64,000 nt of DNA from the NCBI GenBank assembly GCA_964534195.1, contig CAZHQX010000001.1, positions 30,474 to 94,473 on the forward strand, in the 5' to 3' direction. The position numbers were made by a program, and so were the translations under genes. Each line of letters starts with the position of its first letter. Position 1 is the stretch's first letter. This DNA comes from an uncultured Oscillospiraceae bacterium. GTDB lineage: Bacteria; Bacillota; Clostridia; Saccharofermentanales; UBA5734. A model generated the notes under the pieces. It saw only the letters and a program-made list of their open reading frames with translations. It was not told where the DNA came from and ran no database searches. This document shows, in pieces, positions 52,596 to 63,801 of this stretch.

Positions 52596-52624
52596 TTGAC
52601 ACATAGTCTCAATAATCATATCAT
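52596..52624 (+). promoter_or_regulatory. candidate promoter for queA-tgt
   Basis: TTGACA (52596-52601), 17-nt spacer, TATCAT (52619-52624). Its -10 element overlaps the divergent dapA -10. Confidence 0.4.
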
Positions 52625-52644
52625 TATCACTGGTTTATCGTCAA
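52615..52644 (-). promoter_or_regulatory. candidate promoter for dapA-dapB
   Basis: On the minus strand: TTGACG (52644-52639), 18-nt spacer, TATGAT (52620-52615). Confidence 0.35.
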
Positions 52645-52664
52645 CGAAACAGAAGAGGGGTCCT

Positions 52665-54903
<2,239 letters not shown>

Positions 54904-55019
54904 TTGATCTTTCTGTTAAGTTTATTGTTGCAATTGCATTGCCTACAGTGTTAGTATATGATTTGTTCAGAAATTGTCCTTATAATTATGGGCAGAAGAT
55001 AATCGGGAGGCTTCTTTAG

Positions 55020-55343
55020 ATGAATATGACTAATATTGTTTTAACAACTGGTGCCACTGCAGGTGGTATGGAGAGCATACTGGGTCTGGTGCTGCCTTTG
55101 GCACTTATGTTCGGCCTGATGTACTTCCTGTTGATCCGTCCACAGAGAAAGAAAGAGAAGAAGCTGCGTGAGCAGATCAACTCGATGGTAGTTGGAGATA
55201 GTGTTGTCACTATTGGCGGTGTGGTTGGTCGCGTTGTCAATATCAAGGACGATGAGGTAACGGTTTCAACCAGTGTTGCTAATACTTTGGTGACATTTAA
55301 GAAATCCGCAGTAAATACTGTTGTAAAGCCCGTATCAGAATAA
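55020..55343 (+). CDS. yajC: preprotein translocase subunit YajC
   Basis: Single TM segment followed by 'LLIRPQRKKEKK' and 'GDSVVTIGGVVGRV'. Confidence 0.85.
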   Translation: MNMTNIVLTTGATAGGMESILGLVLPLALMFGLMYFLLIRPQRKKEKKLREQINSMVVGDSVVTIGGVVGRVVNIKDDEVTVSTSVANTLVTFKKSAVNTVVKPVSE

Positions 55344-55402
55344 ATTACAACCTGCCTGCAGGTCGATAATAACTATGTAATAAATATCAGGGGGACACAA
55401 AC

Positions 55403-55549
55403 ATGAAACACATTCAGACTATTAGTGGAGTTTGCATTAAACCTGCTGAGCATTCCGCAGCTTGCGGTGAGTGCCAGACATCCTGCCAGTCAGCCTGTAA
55501 AACCAGCTGTACTGTTGCAAATCAGCCATGTGAGCAGATACAACGCTGA
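55403..55549 (+). CDS. scfA: SCIFF (six-cysteine) ranthipeptide precursor peptide, 48 aa, absent from the ORF track
   Basis: Translation: MKHIQTISGVCIKPAEHSAACGECQTSCQSACKTSCTVANQPCEQIQR. The core 'CGECQTSCQSACKTSCTV.NQ.CE' is the SCIFF hallmark. RBS AGGGGGA lies 7 nt upstream, and the maturase gene is next. Confidence 0.9.
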   Translation: MKHIQTISGVCIKPAEHSAACGECQTSCQSACKTSCTVANQPCEQIQR

Positions 55550-55591
55550 GCATTGTTCTGGATTGCTTTTCCTAATGAGTGATAACTGACA

Positions 55592-55627
55592 AAATAGTGA
55601 AAAGCCTGATCGGGCTTTTCACTATTT
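55592..55627 (+). promoter_or_regulatory. intercistronic stem-loop between the precursor and maturase genes
   Basis: 15-bp perfect stem (AAATAGTGAAAAGCC / GGCTTTTCACTATTT) with a 6-nt loop. Only a short U-tract (TTT) follows. Confidence 0.7.
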
Positions 55628-55656
55628 GCGTATATGGAGGAATAGAATTGGTTCAT

Positions 55657-57009
55657 ATGTTTAAAATGCTGGGTGATCACCTGGTATTCGATTCAGAAAG
55701 TGGTGCTCTGCACCGTATAGATGAGATGGCAGCTGAGGTTATTGAGTTATACCAAAATGCTGGCGGCAGGAGGCCTGCCCAGCCAGAGCTTGAGGCGCTG
55801 GCTCTTAACTATGGCACAGATATATTTGAATTAGCCGATGAAATAGATACATTGATCGATCGTGAAGAGCTTTTCTGTCCATCCAGAGAAGTTACGGTTG
55901 AACAGCTATATCCAGATCGGCCACGTATCAAGTCGATGTGCCTGCATCTTTGTCACGACTGTAACCTTCGTTGTGAGTATTGCTTCGCCGGAACAGGTGA
56001 TTTTGGAACAGGGCACAGATCAATGCTTTCGGAAGAAGTTGGACGCAAAGCAATAGATTTCCTGATCGAAGCGTCAGGACCACGCAAGCATTTGGATATC
56101 GATTTTTTTGGCGGTGAACCTCTAATGAACTGGCCTGTGGTTGTCGCTCTTGTTAAGTATTGTCGCCAGCGCATGGCTGAAACTGAAAAGATCATCAGAC
56201 TTACGATCACTACAAACGCCACCCTGCTTGATCAGAATAAAATTGATTTTATTAATGATAATTTCGAAAACTGTGTTCTCAGCATTGATGGGCGAAAAGA
56301 AGTGCATGATCGTATGAGGCCTGATGCCGGTAGACATGGTTCTCATGACCGAGTCGTCAATAATATCAGGAAATTCCTTGCTGTAAGAGGTAACGGCCAG
56401 TATTATTTGCGCGGTACTTATACCAGACATAACCTGGATTTCGCTGAAGATGTTCTTCATTTAGCAGAACTGGGTGATCAGGTGTCCATGGAACCGGTAG
56501 TTGCGCCTCCTGGAAGTGGTTACGAGATAAGGCAAGAGGACTTGCCAGCGATAGAAGCTGAGTATGAGAGATTAGCGCAGATCATAGATCAACGAAGGCA
56601 GGAGGGCAATCCCTTCAACTTCTTCCACTTTGTAATGGATCTGAGCAAGGGTCCTTGTGCGTTTAAGCGGCTCAAGGGCTGTGGTGTTGGCATGGAATAC
56701 TGTGCTGTCACGCCTGAGGGTGATATTTATCCATGTCATCAGTTTGTTGGCGAAGAGCAGTTCAAAATGGGCAGTGTAATGGACGATCCGATCACGCTTG
56801 ATCCGACAGTTCAGAAGCCTTTCCGCCAGCTCATGGTACCTGATAAACCAGAATGTCATGACTGCTGGGCCAGATTTTTCTGCAGCGGCGGCTGTGCGGC
56901 CAATAGCTACCATGTAAGCGGAAGTATAACCGGATCTGATAAAATTGGCTGTGCAATGCAGAAGAAGCGGCTTGAATGCGCTTTGTGGCTTAAGAGCCGC
57001 CAGGCTTGA
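55657..57009 (+). CDS. scfB: SCIFF radical SAM/SPASM thioether-forming maturase
   Basis: Radical-SAM 'CNLRCEYC' and a C-terminal SPASM domain 'CGVGMEYCAV...YPCHQF...CHDCWARFFCSGGCAANSY'. The start is ATG 55657 or TTG 55648, after GGAGG at 55636-55640. The track start 55579 lies upstream of the hairpin. Confidence 0.9.
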   Translation: MFKMLGDHLVFDSESGALHRIDEMAAEVIELYQNAGGRRPAQPELEALALNYGTDIFELADEIDTLIDREELFCPSREVTVEQLYPDRPRIKSMCLHLCHDCNLRCEYCFAGTGDFGTGHRSMLSEEVGRKAIDFLIEASGPRKHLDIDFFGGEPLMNWPVVVALVKYCRQRMAETEKIIRLTITTNATLLDQNKIDFINDNFENCVLSIDGRKEVHDRMRPDAGRHGSHDRVVNNIRKFLAVRGNGQYYLRGTYTRHNLDFAEDVLHLAELGDQVSMEPVVAPPGSGYEIRQEDLPAIEAEYERLAQIIDQRRQEGNPFNFFHFVMDLSKGPCAFKRLKGCGVGMEYCAVTPEGDIYPCHQFVGEEQFKMGSVMDDPITLDPTVQKPFRQLMVPDKPECHDCWARFFCSGGCAANSYHVSGSITGSDKIGCAMQKKRLECALWLKSRQA

Positions 57010-57141
57010 TCAAACGGTTTTTGCAAACAGCTTATAGCTATTTTAAATATTCTGTCTGCCAAAATTTCAAATATGATTCGCGACTATTTTCAAAAAGAGG
57101 TATTTTGAAATCAACAGCGAATATTATATATTACGGCTGTT

Positions 57142-57171
57142 CTGATCGATAGGGCAACACTTATCGATCAG
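57142..57171. repeat. perfect 10-bp inverted repeat in the dnaG 5' region
   Basis: CTGATCGATA - 10 nt - TATCGATCAG. It lies just downstream of a candidate promoter, TTGAAA (57105-57110) / TATATT (57127-57132). Confidence 0.8.
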
Positions 57172-57220
57172 AATCAAGTTGTAACAACAAGGCAGAAAGA
57201 AGGCGCATAATATCAGCCCA

Positions 57221-59056
57221 TTGATTCCTGACAATGTGATTGAGGAAATTAAAAATCGCAATGAACTTGTTTCAGTCGTAGAGCAGTACGTAACTCTCGA
57301 TCGCAAGAGCTCGGCGAATTATTTCGGTCTCTGCCCCTTTCACAGGGAAGATACCCCTTCTTTCAGCGTTTCGCCTTCTAAACAGATTTTTTACTGCTTT
57401 GGCTGTCATAAGGGTGGAAATGTCATTAATTTTATCAAAGAGATCGAGCATGTGTCGTATCCTCAGGCCCTGCAGATTTTGGCAGAGCGAGCTGGAATAG
57501 CTTTGCCGGAGCCGGATGATGAGGGCTGGCGCAAGCGCAGTGAGCTGAGCAAAAGGCTGCATGAGACGATGCTGGAGGCTGCACGCTGGTTTTATATGCA
57601 GCTGATCGGCGGACAAGGTAAGCCGGCTCAGGATTATCTCAGAAAACGCGAAATTTCCCCGGCTACAGCTAAGAGATTTGGAATAGGATATGCTCCGGAC
57701 AATTGGGATGCTCTTCTGAAGCATTTGCGAGCCAAGGGCTTTTCCGAGGAGGAAATTGATGTCAGCGGCTTATTTAAGAGAACCAAGCAGGGCAACCTGA
57801 TCGATCTGTTTCGCGGCAGACTTATGTTTCCGATATTCGATGTGCTTGGTAAGGTTGTGGCTTTTGGCGGACGCGTGCTCGATGACAGCCTGCCCAAATA
57901 TATAAATTCGCCTGAAACGCCAATATATACCAAGGGCCGCCATCTATACGGACTCAATCTGGCAAAAGCCAGCAGAGCTGACAATTTGATCATAGTTGAG
58001 GGTTATCTTGATGTTATAGCAATGCATCAGGCTGGTATAGATCAGGCTGTAGCTGCTCTTGGAACAGCGCTTACTGAACAACAGGCGATACTTCTGCGCA
58101 AATATACGGAGAAAATAATAATTGGTTTTGATGCCGATGCCGCTGGTCAGAAGGCCGCATTGCGTGGATTGGAAATTCTGGCAGGCAAAGATATGGATGT
58201 TTCGGTTCTTATGGTTCCTGATGGCAAGGATCCTGACGAGTATATCAGAAAAAATGGGCCGGAGAGATTTCATGCACTGGTAGAGAAATCAATGCCTCTG
58301 CTTGATTATAGATTGTATTGTGCCCGCAGAGACAGTCAAACAGAAAAAGGACTTGATATTATTGAATATCAGGACAGAGCCTGTGACATTTTATCTGAGC
58401 TTGATAATGGCATAGTAAGGGAATTATATGCTGATAAGTTAGCATCTGAGCTCCATGCAAGCAAGGATATCGTAATAAGAGAAATTGAGCGGCGTAAGCT
58501 GGTGCCTGCGGCAGATAAGAATAAGGATCTGCTTAAGCAGCAGCTGCGGCAGAGACAGTTGGATCTAACCAGGAAACAAGAGGAAAACAAGGATCAGATA
58601 ACAAAAGAAGAAATATATTTGATCGTACTTCTGGCCGCCTATCCTGATTGCTGGCGCGAAATGAAGGATAAACCTAGTCCGAATGATTTTTCAGCTGGTA
58701 CGATGAGGAAGCTGTTTGTTGAGGCAATGCCGCTGCTGGCTGAGGCCAGATTAGATTCATCAAGATTGCTTGATCTGGCCGGTGACACAGTTATAAGAGG
58801 CAGAGAGCTCAAAGAGCTTCTAGCCAAGGCTAGTATGCAGATAGATGATATTTTAGGCAGCCAGAGCGAGGTCAAAGCAGCCCGACTATGGATGCTGAGA
58901 ACAAGAATGAAGCAGCTGTTAATAAATAAGAAAAAGCTTGAGCAGAGCCTAACTGAAGAAAACGATGAGCAAAGAACAAGATCGCTGCGCGGTGATCTGC
59001 TGAGATTATCTCAAATTTACGCACAGCTTAAGGAACAATATAATACCGAGTTTTGA
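57221..59056 (+). CDS. dnaG: DNA primase
   Basis: Zinc ribbon 'CPFHREDTPSFSV...CFGCHKGGNVI' and Toprim 'IIVEGYLDVIA'. TTG start. Confidence 0.95.
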   Translation: MIPDNVIEEIKNRNELVSVVEQYVTLDRKSSANYFGLCPFHREDTPSFSVSPSKQIFYCFGCHKGGNVINFIKEIEHVSYPQALQILAERAGIALPEPDDEGWRKRSELSKRLHETMLEAARWFYMQLIGGQGKPAQDYLRKREISPATAKRFGIGYAPDNWDALLKHLRAKGFSEEEIDVSGLFKRTKQGNLIDLFRGRLMFPIFDVLGKVVAFGGRVLDDSLPKYINSPETPIYTKGRHLYGLNLAKASRADNLIIVEGYLDVIAMHQAGIDQAVAALGTALTEQQAILLRKYTEKIIIGFDADAAGQKAALRGLEILAGKDMDVSVLMVPDGKDPDEYIRKNGPERFHALVEKSMPLLDYRLYCARRDSQTEKGLDIIEYQDRACDILSELDNGIVRELYADKLASELHASKDIVIREIERRKLVPAADKNKDLLKQQLRQRQLDLTRKQEENKDQITKEEIYLIVLLAAYPDCWREMKDKPSPNDFSAGTMRKLFVEAMPLLAEARLDSSRLLDLAGDTVIRGRELKELLAKASMQIDDILGSQSEVKAARLWMLRTRMKQLLINKKKLEQSLTEENDEQRTRSLRGDLLRLSQIYAQLKEQYNTEF

Positions 59057-59123
59057 TCAGACGTTGAAATGATCAGACGAGAAAAAGAAATAAAATTAGA
59101 TCACATATGCGGAGGTAGAGCTG

Positions 59124-60419
59124 ATGGACAAGGAAAACGTGAACAACATCACAGAAGAACAGAAGAAAGAGCTTAATGCAGAGCAAGAGATCGCAGTGGA
59201 TTCAGAGGTTAATGAAACTGATGAAGTCAAGCAGGAGAAAGCAGCACCAGCTAAGAAGAAAGCTCCGGCTCGCAAAAAGACAGCTGCTAAGAAGAAGTCA
59301 GACGATAACGATTCAGATAACAAGGATCAGTCAGAGCCGACCCCTGGTGATGTTATCAAGGAACAGCGTCTGGGTCTGATCAATGAGCTGATCAAAAAGG
59401 CCAAGGAGAACGCGAACAAAATATCTTCCAAGGACGTTATGGATCTGGTCGAAGCGTCAGATATTGACATTGACCAGGCAGAGAAGGTGATCGAGAAGCT
59501 TGAGGGCTTCGGGATCGAGGTTATCGCTGACAATTCTGTTGAGGAAGACGTCAGTGATTCAGAGGTAGAGATCAGCTCGATCGATGGTATCGGTGTTGAT
59601 GATCCGGTACGTATGTATCTTAAGGAGATCGGCAAGGTGCCGCTGCTGACAGCAGATCAGGAAAAAGAGCTTGCACAGGCTATGCGGGATGGCGACGAGG
59701 ATGCTAAGAATTCTCTATGTGAAGCCAATCTTAGACTGGTCGTTAGTATTGCCAAGAGATATGTCGGCAGAGGAATGCAGTTTCTTGATCTGATTCAAGA
59801 GGGTAACCTGGGACTGATCAAGGCTGTTGATAAGTTTGATTATACCAAGGGCTACAAGTTCAGCACATATGCCACCTGGTGGATTAGACAGGCCATAACA
59901 AGAGCCATTGCCGACCAGGCACGTACGATCAGAATACCAGTTCATATGGTTGAGACGATCAACAAGCTGATCAGAATACAGCGTCAGCTTATCCAGGAGC
60001 TCGGCAGAGAGCCAGAGGCAGAAGAGCTTGCCAATGAAATGGGGATGACTGTTGAGAAGGTTCGCGAGATCATGAAGATCTCACAGGAGCCTGTATCACT
60101 CGAGAAACCAATAGGTGAGGAAGAAGACAGCCATCTTGGCGATTTCATACCTGATGACGATGCGCCATCACCTGCGGATCAGGCGGCTTTTACCTTGCTG
60201 AAGGAACAGCTGCTCGAGGTGCTTAAGGGACTGACGCCCAGAGAAGAAAAGGTTCTGAGATTAAGATTCGGCCTCGATGATGGCAGAACCAGGACACTTG
60301 AAGAGGTTGGCAAAGAGTTTAATGTTACCCGCGAGCGTATCAGACAAATTGAGGCCAAGGCTCTCAGGAAAATGCGTCATCCGAGCCGCAGCAAGAAGCT
60401 GAAGGATTATCTGGATTAA
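59124..60419 (+). CDS. rpoD: primary RNA polymerase sigma factor (SigA/RpoD)
   Basis: Region 2.4 '[16 protein letters not shown]' and region 4.2 '[30 protein letters not shown]'. A basic/acidic N-terminal extension is present. Confidence 0.95.
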   Translation: MDKENVNNITEEQKKELNAEQEIAVDSEVNETDEVKQEKAAPAKKKAPARKKTAAKKKSDDNDSDNKDQSEPTPGDVIKEQRLGLINELIKKAKENANKISSKDVMDLVEASDIDIDQAEKVIEKLEGFGIEVIADNSVEEDVSDSEVEISSIDGIGVDDPVRMYLKEIGKVPLLTADQEKELAQAMRDGDEDAKNSLCEANLRLVVSIAKRYVGRGMQFLDLIQEGNLGLIKAVDKFDYTKGYKFSTYATWWIRQAITRAIADQARTIRIPVHMVETINKLIRIQRQLIQELGREPEAEELANEMGMTVEKVREIMKISQEPVSLEKPIGEEEDSHLGDFIPDDDAPSPADQAAFTLLKEQLLEVLKGLTPREEKVLRLRFGLDDGRTRTLEEVGKEFNVTRERIRQIEAKALRKMRHPSRSKKLKDYLD

Positions 60420-60420
60420 G

Positions 60421-61146
60421 ATGGCACAAGAACTTGAGTCTGATATTGTTCTGCCGCAGCTTAGTCCTAGATTGCAGGCTATTGCTGATATGGCAGAGCC
60501 TGCATCGGGCAGGGTCATCGATATTGGCACAGATCACGCATATTTACCGATCTGGTTGACAGGTAATGGGAAATGCAGCAGTGCAATAGCCTCTGATCTG
60601 CGCAGCGGTCCGATAATGAGGGCAAAAGCTAATATCAGCAAATATGGATTTAGCGACAAAATAGATGCCAGAATAGGCGATGGCCTTGAAGATATTGTTT
60701 TGGCAGAGGACGACACAATTATCATCGCAGGGATGGGCGGTCTTGAGATCATTAAGATACTGGACCGCCGTTCAGGCGATATTCCCGGTGGAATGACTCT
60801 GATCATCCAGCCGCAAAGATCGGTTTATGAGCTTCGTTACTGGTTATCGCAAAACGAATTTGTGATAGCAGATGAGAGCATCGTTCATGATAGAAGGCAC
60901 TTTTATACCATAATGAAAGTCAAATTCGATGCTTGCCAGGTAAATGATGCGGTCAGAATTGATGAGCTTTCAGCCTTGATCGGTCCTATTCTGATGGAAA
61001 AGTATCAAGACAATGCAGAAGATCCAACATGGATCAACTATCTCAAGGATAAGAGGAACACATTGGCAAAAGCCGTCCGCGGCAAACCGGAGCTTACAGA
61101 AATATTGGATCAAATTGAAAAAATGCTGGCAAAAGCAGACAAATGA
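60421..61146 (+). CDS. trmK: tRNA (adenine22-N1)-methyltransferase TrmK
   Basis: 'LSPRLQAIADM...VIDIGTDHAYLPIWL' and 'IIAGMGG'. Conserved position after sigA. Confidence 0.85.
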   Translation: MAQELESDIVLPQLSPRLQAIADMAEPASGRVIDIGTDHAYLPIWLTGNGKCSSAIASDLRSGPIMRAKANISKYGFSDKIDARIGDGLEDIVLAEDDTIIIAGMGGLEIIKILDRRSGDIPGGMTLIIQPQRSVYELRYWLSQNEFVIADESIVHDRRHFYTIMKVKFDACQVNDAVRIDELSALIGPILMEKYQDNAEDPTWINYLKDKRNTLAKAVRGKPELTEILDQIEKMLAKADK

Positions 61147-61223
61147 TCAGCATCTAAAGATTGATTTACGATCATATCAAATGATAGCCAATAAGTATTG
61201 TGTGATAGAGGAGGCTGTGGCTC

Positions 61224-62033
61224 ATGCCGACTATAGCTGAAATAGTTAGAAAAATCGAAGCGATGGCTCCGCCAGCACTGGCTGAGAGCTGGGATCCTGT
61301 CGGCCTGCAAACTGGCAGTATGGATACAGAGATCATTTCTGTACTGCTCTGCCTGGATATTACAGGCTCGGCTATCGCCAGAGCCAAGGCAAACAGAGCT
61401 GAACTTATAATAACTCATCATCCGCTTATATTTTCGCCTGTTAAAACAGTAAGAGCAGATATTCCTGAACAGCAGCTGCTTTATGATCTGATCAGACACA
61501 AAATCGCGGTTTACAGCGCGCATACCAATCTGGACGCAGCACCAGGCGGAGTTGCCGACTGTTTGGCACAGACTTTGAACCTTGATGCAGATACATGGCA
61601 GACAGTATTTCCTCAGAAAAATGATCTGACTGGATTTGCTGAGGCCGGGCACGGTCGATATGCTGATCTTTATCAGCCAATCAAGCTCTCGAGATTAAGA
61701 AAAATAGCAATAGAGCAGCTAGGCAGTCCTGGCTGCAGGATCAACACTGATAGTGATCCCATGGTTTCCAGGGTCGCAGTGTTTCCTGGATCATTTTCAG
61801 AGGAATGGATATCTGATCTCGATCTATTGGATATTGATACTGTCATAACCGGGGAGGCTAAGCATAATATAGCAATCGCTCTTGCCAACAGGGGCATCGC
61901 AGTGATCGATGCAGGACATGATGTGACTGAGCGAGTAGTTCTTAAGCCACTTGCTGAGAGATTAAAATCTGAATTCCCGCAAATATCCTTTACCGTTGAC
62001 ATGGGCTTGGATTATAATAAGGTGGCTTTCTGA
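61224..62033 (+). CDS. Nif3-like dinuclear metal centre protein (GTP cyclohydrolase 1 type 2 homologue)
   Basis: 'WDPVGLQTG', 'IITHHPLIF', 'AHTNLD' and 'GEAKHN' motifs. Confidence 0.85.
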   Translation: MPTIAEIVRKIEAMAPPALAESWDPVGLQTGSMDTEIISVLLCLDITGSAIARAKANRAELIITHHPLIFSPVKTVRADIPEQQLLYDLIRHKIAVYSAHTNLDAAPGGVADCLAQTLNLDADTWQTVFPQKNDLTGFAEAGHGRYADLYQPIKLSRLRKIAIEQLGSPGCRINTDSDPMVSRVAVFPGSFSEEWISDLDLLDIDTVITGEAKHNIAIALANRGIAVIDAGHDVTERVVLKPLAERLKSEFPQISFTVDMGLDYNKVAF

Positions 62034-62368
62034 GCTGATTGGACAGCCGCAGGCATAAGGCGAAAGCCTGTGCGTGAGGAAAGTCCGGGCTCCATAGGGC
62101 TGGGTGCCGGGTAGTTCCCGGTGAAGGCGACTTCAAGGATAGTGCAACAGAAATATACCGCCGGCAGCAGCCGGTAAGGGTGGAAAGGCGAGGTAAGAGC
62201 TCACCAGCGGTCTGGCGACAGTCCGGCTCTGTAAACCCCACCTGGAGCAACACCGTGGAGGGACAATAGTGTGGCCCGCATGTCCCGGGGAGGTGGCTTG
62301 AGCCATTCAGAAATGATTGGCCTAGATAGATGGCTGTCCACGACAGGACCCGGCTTATAGATCAGCTC
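62032..62368 (+). ncRNA. rnpB: RNase P RNA, bacterial type A
   Basis: 'GAGGAAAGTCCGGGCTCCATAGGGC', 'GGTAAGGGTGGAAAGG..GGTAAGAGCTCACC', 'GTAAACCCCACCTGGAGCAA' and 'CTAGATAGATGGCTGTCCACGACAGGACCCGGCTTAT' align with the E. coli M1 RNA conserved blocks. P1 is GAGCTGAT / ATCAGCTC. Confidence 0.9.
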
Positions 62369-62398
62369 AGAAAGCATATATTTATTATGGAGGACATC

Positions 62399-63574
62399 AT
62401 GAAAGCAGAATCCTATTTATCACGCGGTGTTTCGCCGACAAAAGATGATGTTAAGCTAGCGGTAGCAAAACAGTCAAAGGGACTTTTTCCAGGATCCTTT
62501 TGCAAGGTGATCGATGATCCTGCCGGCGATGACAGATGGTGCAGCGCAGTTCATGCAGATGGTGCCGGTACAAAATCTTCGGCAGCCTATCTGATGTACA
62601 AGATTACCGGGGACACCACGTGGTTCAGAGGCATAGCACAGGATTCTCTGGTCATGAATACAGATGATCTGGCCTGCATTGGCGCTGTTGATAATTTTCT
62701 TGTGTCGAACACGATTGGCAGGAACGCACATCGAGTAAATGCTGATTGCCTGGCAGCGATCATTAACGGATATGACAGCTTCATCGAAAAAATGGCTGAG
62801 CATGATGTAAAAATAACGATGACAGGCGGCGAGACAGCCGATGTTGGTGATCTGGTCAGAACTGTTATTTGTGATTCGACGATCGTTGTAAGAATGCAGC
62901 GAGAAAATGTAATTAATGCAGCGGATATCAAGCCTGATCAAGTGATCGTAGGACTTTCTTCATTCGGGCAGACCAGTTATGAGGATAAGGAAAACTCTGG
63001 TATAGGTTCAAACGGTCTGACGGCTGCAAGACATTTGCTTTTGCATTCTGATTATCGTGACCAGTATCCGGAGACTTACGCCGATACGATGCCTGCGGGC
63101 AAAGCGTACTGTGGATTATATCATGTTGAAGATAAGCTGCCTGGCAGTACATTGACAGCGGGAGAAGCAGTTCTGTCGCCAACCAGGACATATTTACCGG
63201 TCATTCGCAGGATCCTTGCTGAATACAGAAGCTCCATCAGCGGAATAATCCATTGTACTGGCGGTGGCCAGGTCAAATGCCGCGATTTTGGACATGGTAT
63301 CAGATATGTAAAAGATAATCTGTTTGAGCGTCCGCCAGTATTTAAGGCAATATTTGAATCCGGTGATGTTAAACAGCATGAGATGTATCAAATTTTCAAT
63401 ATGGGGCATCGTATGGAACTGTATTGTGATCAAGCATCTGCTGAAGCAATTATCGGAATTGCTGCGGAATATAAGCTGGATGCCAGAATTGTCGGTCATA
63501 CCGAGAAGATGACCGGTCAGGATGGCGCCAATCAGGTCATCATAAAGGATCAGGGAGAAGAGTTTGTTTATTGA
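62399..63574 (+). CDS. AIR synthase (PurM)-related protein
   Basis: 'RGVSPTKDDV...KGLFPGSFCKV...HADGAGTKS...IAQDSLVMNTDDLACIGA' resembles the PurM-like family. Start trimmed to ATG 62399 after GGAGGA, because the track start 62330 lies inside rnpB. Confidence 0.7.
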   Translation: MKAESYLSRGVSPTKDDVKLAVAKQSKGLFPGSFCKVIDDPAGDDRWCSAVHADGAGTKSSAAYLMYKITGDTTWFRGIAQDSLVMNTDDLACIGAVDNFLVSNTIGRNAHRVNADCLAAIINGYDSFIEKMAEHDVKITMTGGETADVGDLVRTVICDSTIVVRMQRENVINAADIKPDQVIVGLSSFGQTSYEDKENSGIGSNGLTAARHLLLHSDYRDQYPETYADTMPAGKAYCGLYHVEDKLPGSTLTAGEAVLSPTRTYLPVIRRILAEYRSSISGIIHCTGGGQVKCRDFGHGIRYVKDNLFERPPVFKAIFESGDVKQHEMYQIFNMGHRMELYCDQASAEAIIGIAAEYKLDARIVGHTEKMTGQDGANQVIIKDQGEEFVY

Positions 63575-63691
63575 TCTTTGACATCTTATCAGACATCTTA
63601 TCAGATATTTTAGTGTGATCACTGCAGATCGTACCCGGGGTCACGGCCGTGGTCAGTGCTTGGATATGTTATGAGAACAATGTCTGCTTTC

Positions 63692-63720
63692 TTTACAAAC
63701 ATATCAGCATATGTTAAAAT
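63692..63720 (+). promoter_or_regulatory. sigma-70-type promoter for rpsO
   Basis: TTTACA (63692-63697), 17-nt spacer, TAAAAT (63715-63720). It leaves an ~80-nt leader. Confidence 0.5.
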
Positions 63721-63801
63721 TTTTAACAGTCTGCCATGTCAAGGTTTATGGATCGTCCGACCATATACTTTGACAACGGTGAATATCAAGGAGGAAATAT
63801 A

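Noticed and set aside
52519-52664. Possible lysine (L-box) riboswitch upstream of dapA.
   Set aside because: The gap is only 146 nt and is shared with the divergent queA promoter. None of the L-box conserved segments were recognised.
55579-55656. N-terminal extension of the maturase ORF as given in the track (MITDKIVKSLIGLFTICVYGGIELVH).
   Set aside because: The extension is encoded by the intercistronic hairpin itself and has no RBS. GGAGG at 55636-55640 serves the downstream TTG or ATG start.
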